A stretch of 64,000 nucleotides of DNA, from IMG/VR virus record IMGVR_UViG_3300031418_000001; one strand, 5' to 3'. The notes under the pieces are model-generated. The model saw only the letters and a list, made by a program, of their open reading frames with translations, was not told the origin of the DNA and did not search any database. Both the position numbers and the translations under genes were made by a program. Positions 8,773-17,650 of this stretch are shown piece after piece. Source of the DNA: a virus (lineage: Duplodnaviria; Heunggongvirae; Uroviricota; Caudoviricetes). Positions within the stretch are counted from its first letter, which is position 1; every line of letters starts with the position of its first letter.

Positions 8773-8940
8773 ATGTCCAAAAAGAAAAAACCTAAAGTAC
8801 AAAACTTCGTCCATAAACATATGGAAGATTTTAACCGACCAGCAACGCATGTTGATCGTAAGAAAGAAGCCAAAAATGGCAAGACTAAACACAAAGGACG
8901 TAATTGGGATACGTCCTTTTCTTTTGATAAAATAAAATGA
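8773..8940 (+). CDS. Small basic phage protein (55 aa)
   Basis: Translated by hand: MSKKKKPKVQNFVHKHMEDFNRPATHVDRKKEAKNGKTKHK...; AAGGA SD; resembles a conserved N-x-V-x-K-H..FN..DRKK phage family. Confidence 0.7.
   Translation: MSKKKKPKVQNFVHKHMEDFNRPATHVDRKKEAKNGKTKHKGRNWDTSFSFDKIK
8893..8925 (+). terminator. Intrinsic terminator within the 3' end of the small basic ORF
   Basis: AAAGGACGTA-7nt-TACGTCCTTT-TCTTTT. Confidence 0.6.
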
Positions 8941-9737
8941 ACCTCAAAGATTATAGTCTAAATGAGCATGTGAAATTTACAGAAGACCAGTTGTATAATA
9001 AAGATTGTACTCAATTGAGAATTGATGTTCATGATGGAGTAGTAACTTTACCATGCAACCGACATAATCAATATATGTCTCATACATTGAACGGTAAAAG
9101 CATATGTACGATGCGTCAAAGTGGAAGTACTCTAAGCATTTGTTATAATAATGATTTTTATTATACTAAAACATGGTGTACTGAATCTTTCACGGGTATT
9201 AATGTATATTATGAGTACGATACTTCCAAAAAGAAGATCATAAAGAAAGAATCAGATTTCTATACATTTACAAATATTAAAGATAATATTAATGCGTATA
9301 AGAAAAATGATAAAAATAATACCTCTGTAAAGGTAATGTATAGTGGCATTCATAAGTCATATGAACTTAAAAATAAATCAAGTACTTATACTGAAAAGTA
9401 CACTATAAGTTCGAAGAATCTCGTACATTCACAATTCAGCCATAATTATATTGGAATACGGATGAGTAAGAATGTAACTCATAATGAGGGAGAAATCTCA
9501 GTAAGTTCATTCATAAAGAATATAAATGTGAAATTCAAGTTCGAAGGTGAACCATGTTTGCTTCGGTTGTTAAACAAAACATTTATATTTGATGCATTAA
9601 TCAGTACTGACCTGGCTTTAATTATTGAAGATGTTCAGGCTGCTATTATTGATGGAATGAAATTTATGCAGGAAACTCCAACTCACATTAAAAATATTGA
9701 TGAAATTGTGGAGTACTATAAAAATAATGCAACATAA
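8937..9737 (+). CDS. Hypothetical protein
   Basis: 266-aa ORF, ATGA overlap. Confidence 0.7.
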   Translation: MNLKDYSLNEHVKFTEDQLYNKDCTQLRIDVHDGVVTLPCNRHNQYMSHTLNGKSICTMRQSGSTLSICYNNDFYYTKTWCTESFTGINVYYEYDTSKKKIIKKESDFYTFTNIKDNINAYKKNDKNNTSVKVMYSGIHKSYELKNKSSTYTEKYTISSKNLVHSQFSHNYIGIRMSKNVTHNEGEISVSSFIKNINVKFKFEGEPCLLRLLNKTFIFDALISTDLALIIEDVQAAIIDGMKFMQETPTHIKNIDEIVEYYKNNAT

Positions 9738-10173
9738 TGAAATTATTGAAAAGTATTTTAAAAAGATAGTAAACCAGGATTTCGAACAAAAAAATAATTA
9801 CTATCCTAATGAATACAATGGTTCGGTTCGTATATATCTTGACCCTGATTCATCCAAGAAAAGGAATATGAATTTTGGAGTTCATATATATGAGCATAAT
9901 TATAGTATAGTTAAGTTACTTTACCAAAGTAGATTAAGTATATATGTTAGTAACATTAGCATTCTGATTGCTGATGAAAATCAGAAATACGAAGTAAGAA
10001 CATCAGATGAGTACTTTAATATATCTCTATCTCTGGATTTAAACATACCCTTTAGTACCTTAAAGAATATTCAGAATGATATGCTATATATTAACCGTAA
10101 ATCTATAACATTTTTTATGGATGAACTAATTGAGCACTTTAATAAAGTTACAGAAGGTGATTCCGGTAGTTAA
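9727..10173 (+). CDS. Paralog family A protein (hypothetical)
   Basis: Motif TSDEYFNISLSLDLNIPFSTL. Confidence 0.75.
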   Translation: MQHNEIIEKYFKKIVNQDFEQKNNYYPNEYNGSVRIYLDPDSSKKRNMNFGVHIYEHNYSIVKLLYQSRLSIYVSNISILIADENQKYEVRTSDEYFNISLSLDLNIPFSTLKNIQNDMLYINRKSITFFMDELIEHFNKVTEGDSGS

Positions 10174-10573
10174 TCATTTTATTGATGCAGTACCGGATGT
10201 TCCACACAACACCGTACAGCAGTTCGGTGACTATTTTTATGTACGCAAGCCTTACTCAGTACTGATATTTTCCAAGTACCAAGATGCGTTTGAATCTAAC
10301 CAGATCAAGTATTCATGTGCAATGGTTAACTACGGAAAAACAGCTATGCGTATAAGTTGTATCAACGATTATTTTGATAGTAAAACAGCATCATCTTTCT
10401 CTATTACTGAGACAAATGTATATTTTCATGATTTAGTAATGGATATCAACGTATCTAAAGATGAGTACTTTTCTAACAGCTTAGGTAATGATATATTTTT
10501 AACCTATGAAGAATTCAAAGTACTTTTTACTATTAAATCGCCTGGTGCTACTATTAATATTAAAAACCTATAA
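10130..10573 (+). CDS. Paralog family A protein (hypothetical)
   Basis: Motif VSKDEYFSNSLGNDIFLTYEEF; start uncertain. Confidence 0.7.
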   Translation: MSTLIKLQKVIPVVNHFIDAVPDVPHNTVQQFGDYFYVRKPYSVLIFSKYQDAFESNQIKYSCAMVNYGKTAMRISCINDYFDSKTASSFSITETNVYFHDLVMDINVSKDEYFSNSLGNDIFLTYEEFKVLFTIKSPGATINIKNL

Positions 10574-10585
10574 GGAAAAAACAAC

Positions 10586-10909
10586 ATGGATTATATTTTA
10601 TATTTTAAAAATGATGAACCTAAAATGATTTGGTTCAATAAGAAAAAAGCCCCATTCAATGCAGAAGAACGTATTGTCGATGGTCATACATTTTGGGTCA
10701 GCCCATGTACCTACCGTGCTGCAATTAATAACATTATTCAGCGTAGTACTCTTGAGCGTAACCCTGATATTCTTCGCAAGTACGAATCAGTACTAATGGA
10801 TATTATTGATCCGCATCGCGGTGATGGTTTTGCAATTCTCCTTGAGACATTTGATAAGTGGCATGAACTACTTAATATCAACTGTGAAATTCCTGAAGAA
10901 TATCTCTAA
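10586..10909 (+). CDS. Hypothetical protein
   Basis: 107-aa ORF, AAGGA SD. Confidence 0.75.
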   Translation: MDYILYFKNDEPKMIWFNKKKAPFNAEERIVDGHTFWVSPCTYRAAINNIIQRSTLERNPDILRKYESVLMDIIDPHRGDGFAILLETFDKWHELLNINCEIPEEYL

Positions 10910-10924
10910 TTAGTTATTTTTCTC

Positions 10925-10953
10925 TGAAACAAAAAAGTTTTATGACCTATACT
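10925..10953 (+). promoter_or_regulatory. TGAAAC-N17-TATACT promoter (copy 2)
   Basis: TGAAAC 10925-10930, ATGACC-TATACT 10948-10953. Confidence 0.75.
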
Positions 10954-10987
10954 ACAGTTGTATAAAACATCACAGAGGGTTTTTTAA

Positions 10988-11389
10988 ATGTCAGAAATGA
11001 GCGTTATTCTTAAACAAATTGGTGGTGTAATTCTGGTTCAAAAACCTGATGCACCACGTCTGTATTGCCTTGCTGATTTAGAGCACGTAAATGAGCTAAC
11101 AACGGGTCAGCTATTCACGGCGGCACGTATCCTGTGCGGGAAAACTATTTCCGATTACGGTGATGACTGGCCTAAATTCCGTGTAGAAAAGGGCGAACGT
11201 GCTGGTGAAGTATCCGAGAAATGGAAAACCATCAATGAAGTACTTAAGAATCGTTCAAACGATCTGGAACGTTTGAAACTGGTATTCGCACAACTTAAAG
11301 AAGAATTTCCTGAAGTACTGAGCAAGGAAAAAACTCAGGAGAGTTTAGACTTGTTCAACGAAATGATTCAGGGAATGATTAAAGCATAA
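10988..11389 (+). CDS. Hypothetical protein
   Basis: 133-aa ORF, GAGG SD, downstream of the promoter. Confidence 0.8.
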   Translation: MSEMSVILKQIGGVILVQKPDAPRLYCLADLEHVNELTTGQLFTAARILCGKTISDYGDDWPKFRVEKGERAGEVSEKWKTINEVLKNRSNDLERLKLVFAQLKEEFPEVLSKEKTQESLDLFNEMIQGMIKA

Positions 11390-11412
11390 TTGAAACACAA
11401 GGAAGTATAACT

Positions 11413-11787
11413 ATGTCAATGGATAATGACAACTTTGATTTTATGTCTGAACTGAATGACATTCATCAAAAAACACTAAAAGATAAAGAACTAAATGCAA
11501 AAGTCCAGTTGAATTCAATGTTTGAATTTGAGGATGATGAAGAAGTACAAGATGATGTTCCAGTTGAACGTACTGTAAAAATTAATACAGATACCAAGAA
11601 AAAATACTCATCTAATGCTCCTGCACGGTCACAGGAAGAATTTGACGAATGGGTTGAAAGCGTACATTACGAAACCATGACTCATCCTGACGGTAGTACT
11701 TATGAAGTTAAAGTTACTGTACTAAAACCTGGCGTCAACCCTCTTGAACACATGAAACCTGCCTACGCATTTGCTTCTAATTTCTAA
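11413..11787 (+). CDS. Hypothetical acidic protein
   Basis: 124-aa ORF, AAGGA SD. Confidence 0.8.
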   Translation: MSMDNDNFDFMSELNDIHQKTLKDKELNAKVQLNSMFEFEDDEEVQDDVPVERTVKINTDTKKKYSSNAPARSQEEFDEWVESVHYETMTHPDGSTYEVKVTVLKPGVNPLEHMKPAYAFASNF

Positions 11788-11791
11788 AACT

Positions 11792-11818
11792 AAGGGAGAA
11801 CTTATTCTCCCTTTTTTT
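11792..11818 (+). terminator. Intrinsic terminator
   Basis: AAGGGAGAA-CTTA-TTCTCCCTT-TTTTT. Confidence 0.85.
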
Positions 11819-11831
11819 CATATGGACGATT

Positions 11832-12599
11832 ATGAAAACGTTAATTGAAATCCGCAATGAAGCACACAATCTTCTTAAACAGCATCACCTTGAAGCTGAA
11901 AAAATCCATCCAAAATTGATCACTTCCTTACAGGAAAGTGATCTGTCTGACCAATCATTATTTGATAATTCCCTTATTGACAAATACACAGAATTAGAAA
12001 AAAATATAGATAAAAGTAACAAATACATCTGGCTATTAGCACAAGAGTACTTTAATAATATAGCTAAAGATTTAACATATAATGATGTTGATATTGGGTT
12101 TTATAGTAATGGTGAGAAAGTATCTATCCCTATTGATTTCAGTTTACTTGAACCTTCAATTCACGTCAGTAAAATCTATAATGCTGTAATGGAATTCAAC
12201 AGGTATATTGATTTTGAACCATTCTGGAAGCATGAAGTTAGCATATATATTAAGGATTATAACAAGTACGTTATTATAGGGAAAAACTATAATCCAGTTA
12301 TGTATATAAAAAATGCAAAAGACCGCATTGAGAGTTCAAAAAACCATACCCTAACTCAGAAGTTAATTATAGCAGTAAAAACAGAACTTCAATGTGGCTA
12401 TAAAATGCATTCACCAAAGTACAAAACAGATTATAATGATAATAAATCAATTAGTACTTACATTGATTGTGTCGTTGAACACAAGCAGTTAGAGGAATTA
12501 CTAAAACACAAATCAGGAATATACGATATTGTGGATATAATTTTTGATAATGATGGTACTATTGAAGTTAAAATACAGGAAAATTTAAATGCTAATTGA
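11832..12599 (+). CDS. Hypothetical protein
   Basis: 255-aa ORF. Confidence 0.75.
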   Translation: MKTLIEIRNEAHNLLKQHHLEAEKIHPKLITSLQESDLSDQSLFDNSLIDKYTELEKNIDKSNKYIWLLAQEYFNNIAKDLTYNDVDIGFYSNGEKVSIPIDFSLLEPSIHVSKIYNAVMEFNRYIDFEPFWKHEVSIYIKDYNKYVIIGKNYNPVMYIKNAKDRIESSKNHTLTQKLIIAVKTELQCGYKMHSPKYKTDYNDNKSISTYIDCVVEHKQLEELLKHKSGIYDIVDIIFDNDGTIEVKIQENLNAN

Positions 12600-13308
12600 A
12601 TTTGCATATGGTGCTCGGGAATTCAAACACTGGAGTGCTTCATATAATAATTACCAACAGACGTTGCGTGATGTTATTACTGAATGGGGTGCACAGCATT
12701 CCAGAGGTGGTAATGGAAGCACTCAATTAATTAAAATCAGTGATTCATTATTATTTGGCTTAGTTACATCTGGTCTGCCAACGGACTGTATTCTTTATTA
12801 CGATGTACTTGGAAAGAAAATGTACTTAACTGGAAGAATCAGTAATATCTATGATTACCGTAATAACAACATGGGTTATGCCAAAACCACAGGCCATTCA
12901 AAATCACCACATGATTCATTTGATTGGGGTGAATGTTATCGTCAAGGTGATTCTGATTTTTGTTTTGAAGTTCCTGATGAGTGTTTTGAAGATTTCTATG
13001 ATGAAATCAAGCCATATTATGAATATGATTTTAAAAAATGTTTGACCGAGTTATGCGGTATTTCATTCAATTGTATTGTTGATGAAAGTCCTGCACCATC
13101 ATCAGGAATGAACACAAGAGATGCATTTTACCTTGATTGTACTTCATGGTTTTGGGAAGTACTTATGTATGATATGTATGAAGGTAATTTATATCAAGAG
13201 TACTTGAATGCTTACCCACGAACGGTTGAACCACTTGTTAACCTTATAACAAACGTACAAAATTACTTCTTGACACATGGACAAAATAGTTATGACCCGA
13301 GAGATTAA
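12589..13308 (+). CDS. Hypothetical protein
   Basis: 239-aa ORF, 11-nt overlap. Confidence 0.75.
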   Translation: MLIEFAYGAREFKHWSASYNNYQQTLRDVITEWGAQHSRGGNGSTQLIKISDSLLFGLVTSGLPTDCILYYDVLGKKMYLTGRISNIYDYRNNNMGYAKTTGHSKSPHDSFDWGECYRQGDSDFCFEVPDECFEDFYDEIKPYYEYDFKKCLTELCGISFNCIVDESPAPSSGMNTRDAFYLDCTSWFWEVLMYDMYEGNLYQEYLNAYPRTVEPLVNLITNVQNYFLTHGQNSYDPRD

Positions 13309-14353
13309 CCCAACCAAGATTAACCATATCGAACACCTTGACGATATGGTACTCTATAATCCTGATTTATGTATTCAGCATCTTGAACGTGTTCAAGCTG
13401 GATTGGAATATGCAACTCTTAAGTGGGATGGTTCACCAAGCATTATTGTAGGAAAGAAAGACGGTAAATCATTTGTCAGTACTAAATCATTCTTTAATAA
13501 AGAACCTTTAAAACTGAGTACTTATGATGAAATTATCGAACGCAATTACAGTACTGAATTAAGCGTGATTATGTTTATTGCTCTTAAATTTGCTCAGAGT
13601 ATTAATGATAATATTGTATATCAGGGTGATGTTATGTTCTGCCCTGGAAATAATAAAAATGTACAAGATGATAAAATTACATTCGGCTTAAATCTTATCA
13701 AGTACTATGTTACACCTGCATGTCCTAATTTTAACAAAATCAAAAATGCCAATCTTGGTATTGCTTTTCATACAGCATATGATTATTCAGAAGATACAGT
13801 GACCAAAATTCCTTTTGATATTTTACCTGAATGTACTGAAGATGTTTATGTATTTGAATCTTATTGTATTAATTTACATCATAATCAGTTTTCATTTCAG
13901 GATCTGACTGATGAAGTACTGAGAATTAAACTATTTCAGGAAAGTGCATCATGTGATTTAAAAGTATTTCATGAGTTGTTCCGTAAGTACAAGACACAAT
14001 CACTTAAGTTATATGATGATGTTGCCCGTTATAATCCTGATGAATTTGAGAAATTCTGTTTCCAGTGCACTGCACCTAAGTTGTTTGAGGGAGCACATCA
14101 GGCACGGGAGAACTGTTTAGCGAAACTTCAAGAACTAAATACCGTACTCAAGAAATGCAGAAAGTACTTTCAGATGCTTTGTGCTTTTACACATAAAGCA
14201 CAAGCACATGTTATTCATAATGTAGGGTACACACAAGGTTATTTTATTGAAGCTGAACATGAAGGTTTAGTTGTTAGTACAAATCAATATACTATCAAGT
14301 ACGTTAATAAGTACGAATTTACTAAAAAGAATAATGATAAGCGTGTAAAATAA
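13277..14353 (+). CDS. DUF6267-like protein with KxDG (ligase/nucleotidyltransferase motif I-like)
   Basis: HIEHLDD, LKWDGSPSIIVG, FVSTKSFFNK, YQGDVMF, LGIAFHTAY and EGLVV match my recollection of the phage DUF6267 family. Confidence 0.6.
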   Translation: MDKIVMTREINPTKINHIEHLDDMVLYNPDLCIQHLERVQAGLEYATLKWDGSPSIIVGKKDGKSFVSTKSFFNKEPLKLSTYDEIIERNYSTELSVIMFIALKFAQSINDNIVYQGDVMFCPGNNKNVQDDKITFGLNLIKYYVTPACPNFNKIKNANLGIAFHTAYDYSEDTVTKIPFDILPECTEDVYVFESYCINLHHNQFSFQDLTDEVLRIKLFQESASCDLKVFHELFRKYKTQSLKLYDDVARYNPDEFEKFCFQCTAPKLFEGAHQARENCLAKLQELNTVLKKCRKYFQMLCAFTHKAQAHVIHNVGYTQGYFIEAEHEGLVVSTNQYTIKYVNKYEFTKKNNDKRVK

Positions 14354-14356
14354 TCC

Positions 14357-14385
14357 TGAAACATATTTCATTTATGTGCTATACT
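14357..14385 (+). promoter_or_regulatory. TGAAAC-N17-TATACT promoter (copy 3), driving the candidate ncRNA
   Basis: TGAAAC 14357-14362, ATGTGC-TATACT 14380-14385. Confidence 0.8.
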
Positions 14386-14389
14386 AATA

Positions 14390-15146
14390 GTGAGGACATA
14401 TAACTGTTCTCACTTTCAAAACCCTGACTGGCAGTTTAAACACTGATAATAAAAACCTGATCCTATCGAAAAGTAGATGGCAGATGAGTTGTCCAGACAG
14501 AACGCAGTGCAAAAGAAACCCGTGTAAATTACTCCATGCGACTATACAAAACAGCAGAGGACACGGCAATGCGGCACTATAAAGGCGAAAGATAATACAA
14601 GTACTCGCCCATGATAGACATATAAGGATCGCACCTTACGAACATGTATAAGGGATTCTATTACTTATAATAGATTTAGCGACGGAAATTGTACAATATA
14701 AATCCGTCTTTAATTCATAAGTACTTAGAAGTGTATCTGGAGAATTCGTGTACTTCAGGTATATAGAGTAGTGATGAACTACGACCGTTGCATAAGGATT
14801 ACGATAGGAAGAAACAGGGCAACCCGCTTCCGCTTAGATACAGAAGTACAATGAAGTTGTATCTAAAATTCGGTACATGAAATGTCGATGCTACCAGCGT
14901 CAAAATTAAACCTTTAGAGTACTTAAACTCTGAATCCTTTCCCCCTTGCGGGGGATGGAAATGTCTCTACAAACCCCGTCAATGAGTACTGTAAAAGTTT
15001 AATTACTAATTAAATGAAGTTCATCAAGAAATGAACGTAGTGAATTTCGTATGAACGAATTTAGGATTAGCTGAACGTCAGTTCAGATGAGCCTTGTATT
15101 AAGAACACCAAGAGAGAAGCAAGTTTTTGTTTCTCTCTTTTATTTT
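14390..15146 (+). ncRNA. Candidate large (~750 nt) structured non-coding RNA, class unassigned
   Basis: No + strand ORF of 60 aa or more; bounded by a promoter and a terminator; more than 12 hairpins, several with G-U pairs; long-range helix TCCTATCG(14461-68)/CGATAGGA(14802-09). Confidence 0.7.
15110..15146 (+). terminator. Intrinsic terminator closing the candidate ncRNA
   Basis: AAGAGAGAAGCAA-GTTT-TTGTTTCTCTCTT-TTATTTT (13 bp, one G-U). Confidence 0.8.
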
Positions 15147-15157
15147 GTGGATTATAA

Positions 15158-15661
15158 ATGCGATACAGATATATTGGTTTTGATGGAATTGAAGTACCAG
15201 GTCATGTCCTAAATAAAAAACCACTAAATGGTTATAAAGTGGTTTACCAACCAAGTGGTTGTCTGTGGCGAATATCGGAAATGATTAATTCAGAAAGTAC
15301 TGGATTAGAGATAAAATTCTGGCCGAGTAAAAAGAACAATACTGTTAACTGGATAAAGTACGAACGTACTGGTCTTAATATGTGGTACAATACAGCAGGT
15401 AATCTTGACCAAGTTATTCATGAGTTTAAAGACAAGAAACACGGTGAATGTTATTTTATTGGACAGAACTTACGTAGATTTTATTTTGAAGATAATGACA
15501 TTACAAATGATATTGTTGAACTGGTTAATGATATTGAGAATTTAAACGCTGAAGATAAGTTCAATATCTTCATCAGATATGGTTCAGAATTCAAATTATA
15601 TGATGAGTACATGCACCATATTAGTCTTGAAGACATAATTAAAATATGTGATAAAAAATAA
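15158..15661 (+). CDS. Hypothetical protein, probable paralog family A (weak motif)
   Basis: NAEDKFNIFIRYG..ISLEDI. Confidence 0.65.
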   Translation: MRYRYIGFDGIEVPGHVLNKKPLNGYKVVYQPSGCLWRISEMINSESTGLEIKFWPSKKNNTVNWIKYERTGLNMWYNTAGNLDQVIHEFKDKKHGECYFIGQNLRRFYFEDNDITNDIVELVNDIENLNAEDKFNIFIRYGSEFKLYDEYMHHISLEDIIKICDKK

Positions 15662-15671
15662 GGAAATTAGC

Positions 15672-16244
15672 ATGGAAGCTAAGAAAAATAAAAAGGCAAA
15701 GAGTAAAAGTACTACAAGTACCAAACGAGATATGAGTGTACATTTCACATCTAAGTCACAAACGTGGAATACACCTAAAGATTTTTTCGATAAGTTAGAT
15801 GCTGTATGGGGTTTTGAAGTTGATACTGCATGTCTTGAAGAAAGTGCATTATGTAAAGAGTACTTCACTCCTGAAACTGATGGTCTTAATTCATCATGGA
15901 ATAACAAAGTATGCTGGAATAACCCACCTTATAATGATATTAAATCATGGACACAGAAGTGTTACGTTGAGTTTATTGCGGGTAGTACAGTAGTACAGTT
16001 GATTCCATCAAGAACTGATACTAAAGCATTCCATGATTATGCATTTGAATATGCAACATGTATTTGCTTTATTAAAGGCCGTTTAAAATTTGATAACCCA
16101 AGTTTACCGTCATGGACAGAAGATGATTCACACAAGAAAAGTCCTGCACCTTTCCCTTCATGTCTGGTGATTTTTGATAATGACCTTACTGATGAGAAAA
16201 TGAAAGTACTGAAAGCCTTGGGTACAGTCGTTAAGAAGGTATAA
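15672..16244 (+). CDS. dam: DNA N6-adenine methyltransferase (phage Dam-like family)
   Basis: W-x-TP start, WNNPPY catalytic motif, LIPSRTDT..FH, GRLKF. Confidence 0.85.
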   Translation: MEAKKNKKAKSKSTTSTKRDMSVHFTSKSQTWNTPKDFFDKLDAVWGFEVDTACLEESALCKEYFTPETDGLNSSWNNKVCWNNPPYNDIKSWTQKCYVEFIAGSTVVQLIPSRTDTKAFHDYAFEYATCICFIKGRLKFDNPSLPSWTEDDSHKKSPAPFPSCLVIFDNDLTDEKMKVLKALGTVVKKV

Positions 16245-16245
16245 T

Positions 16246-16752
16246 ATGTTAATAAATGGGATAAGAATATTACTTGATAATTTACTTACCTGCTTGAAAT
16301 ATGTAGAAGGTGATAACGTTAGTCACGGTTTAAACGAACTTTATTATCATTTCAATGATAATGTCTGTATTAAAAATAAACGTGATGATATTCATTTTTG
16401 GAGAGAATCTTTAAACTACGAACATGATTCATTGGTTATATGTACTGATGAATTCGATGAAGAACAGTTGTGGATTGCTCTCAATGATGATAGTACTGGA
16501 TTAACAATTTTTCCACGAATAAGGAATGAGCATTTTAATTCATTGGTGATTAATACAACAAGTTTGATATTACGTATTAATCACCAAAATGATATCATTT
16601 ATGACATTCCTATTACATCGGATGAGTACTTCAATATAACTCTTCTTTATGATATTCCATACAGTCTTGAAGAGTTTGTAGAAATACATTCATTCCTTGT
16701 TGAGAATAAAAAAATTATGAAGCAGTACTCTGTAATGTTGGAGGTTTCATGA
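16246..16752 (+). CDS. Paralog family A protein (hypothetical)
   Basis: Motif ITSDEYFNITLLYDIPYSLEEF. Confidence 0.75.
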   Translation: MLINGIRILLDNLLTCLKYVEGDNVSHGLNELYYHFNDNVCIKNKRDDIHFWRESLNYEHDSLVICTDEFDEEQLWIALNDDSTGLTIFPRIRNEHFNSLVINTTSLILRINHQNDIIYDIPITSDEYFNITLLYDIPYSLEEFVEIHSFLVENKKIMKQYSVMLEVS

Positions 16753-16976
16753 AATCCGAAGGTGTAAAGGACATAGTTAAGTGGCTTGAGCAGGAATGTA
16801 AATCTGCCAAACAAGAGCTTGAACGTGCTCAGATAGAGAGAAAAGGTTGCCATTACTACATGTGGGAATGGTATGAGCAGGATATTAAGGTTGCTCAGGC
16901 TAAACTTGATGAGCTTGTTCGTGTAAAAATCAGTACTGAAAAGTACATGAAGAAACTACGTCATCAGGGATTATAA
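16749..16976 (+). CDS. Hypothetical protein
   Basis: 75-aa ORF, GAGG SD. Confidence 0.7.
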   Translation: MKSEGVKDIVKWLEQECKSAKQELERAQIERKGCHYYMWEWYEQDIKVAQAKLDELVRVKISTEKYMKKLRHQGL

Positions 16977-17197
16977 TGATTATTGTCAAAATTGAGTACG
17001 ATGATTATTTTGACGGGTACAGTGTTGACCTGTGTACATGTAATTCAGTTGATGAAGCAATTGAAATTGAAAAGCTGCTGAATCCTGTTATCAAAAAGAA
17101 ATCTTCAAAATATCGTGTTGTGTGGAAAGAAATGGAGAACTTTCAGAGTACGAGAAAGTTCAGAAATTCACTGAAAGAAAAAGCTAAAAATATATAG
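16976..17197 (+). CDS. Hypothetical protein
   Basis: 73-aa ORF, TAATG coupling. Confidence 0.7.
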   Translation: MIIVKIEYDDYFDGYSVDLCTCNSVDEAIEIEKLLNPVIKKKSSKYRVVWKEMENFQSTRKFRNSLKEKAKNI

Positions 17198-17204
17198 GTG
17201 CAAA

Positions 17205-17423
17205 ATGATTGTAGCATTACATATTACCTCTGAATCATCAGACCATTATCTACTACTTTTTAAAGACAAAAATGTTGTTGAAATCAAAGATGAGATTTAC
17301 AACAACGAAGAATATTATGGTGCAACGGTAAAATTCAAAGCATTAGAAACAAATATCTATGAACTGAAGCTACTTGAAGATATGCTTTATCAGTTCGAAG
17401 AAGATTCATGGGAATGGGGCTAA
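17205..17423 (+). CDS. Hypothetical protein
   Basis: 72-aa ORF, AGGTG SD. Confidence 0.7.
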   Translation: MIVALHITSESSDHYLLLFKDKNVVEIKDEIYNNEEYYGATVKFKALETNIYELKLLEDMLYQFEEDSWEWG

Positions 17424-17650
17424 TGAAAAAGTACTTACTGTTTTCTATGGCTGGATATTATCCAAGTGGTGGATGGTCTGATTTTCGTGGTGATTATGAA
17501 ACCCTTGATGAAGCAATAAAAGCTGCTGCTAAATGTACTTTAGATTTTTATCATATTGTTGACACTGATGATAAAGAAATTGTTAAGCAGGGAAGACCTG
17601 AAAGTTTAAAACGAGAATTAGAAGATGATGATCGTTGGGGTGTAAGTTGA
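17423..17650 (+). CDS. Hypothetical protein (YYPSGGW-x-DF motif)
   Basis: TAATG coupling; motif common in small phage proteins. Confidence 0.7.
   Translation: MKKYLLFSMAGYYPSGGWSDFRGDYETLDEAIKAAAKCTLDFYHIVDTDDKEIVKQGRPESLKRELEDDDRWGVS

Noticed and set aside
14384-14569. Minus-strand 61-aa ORF inside the ncRNA region
   Set aside because: No SD, antisense to a promoter-terminator unit, and no protein-like signal.
14390-15110. tmRNA, RNase P RNA or tRNA-like element (ACCA at 15107-15110; TGTTCT 14405-10 could pair with AGAACA 15102-07)
   Set aside because: No GGGG 5' end, T-loop (GTTCGA), tag ORF or GAGGAAAGTCC P4 motif. The last A of ACCA is part of the terminator stem, and a 6-bp match can be chance.
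14390-15146. Group I or group II intron
   Set aside because: It interrupts no gene (flanking ORFs are complete) and has its own promoter and terminator. GACTATA at 14540 lacks a downstream TAGTC P7 partner, and no domain V was seen.
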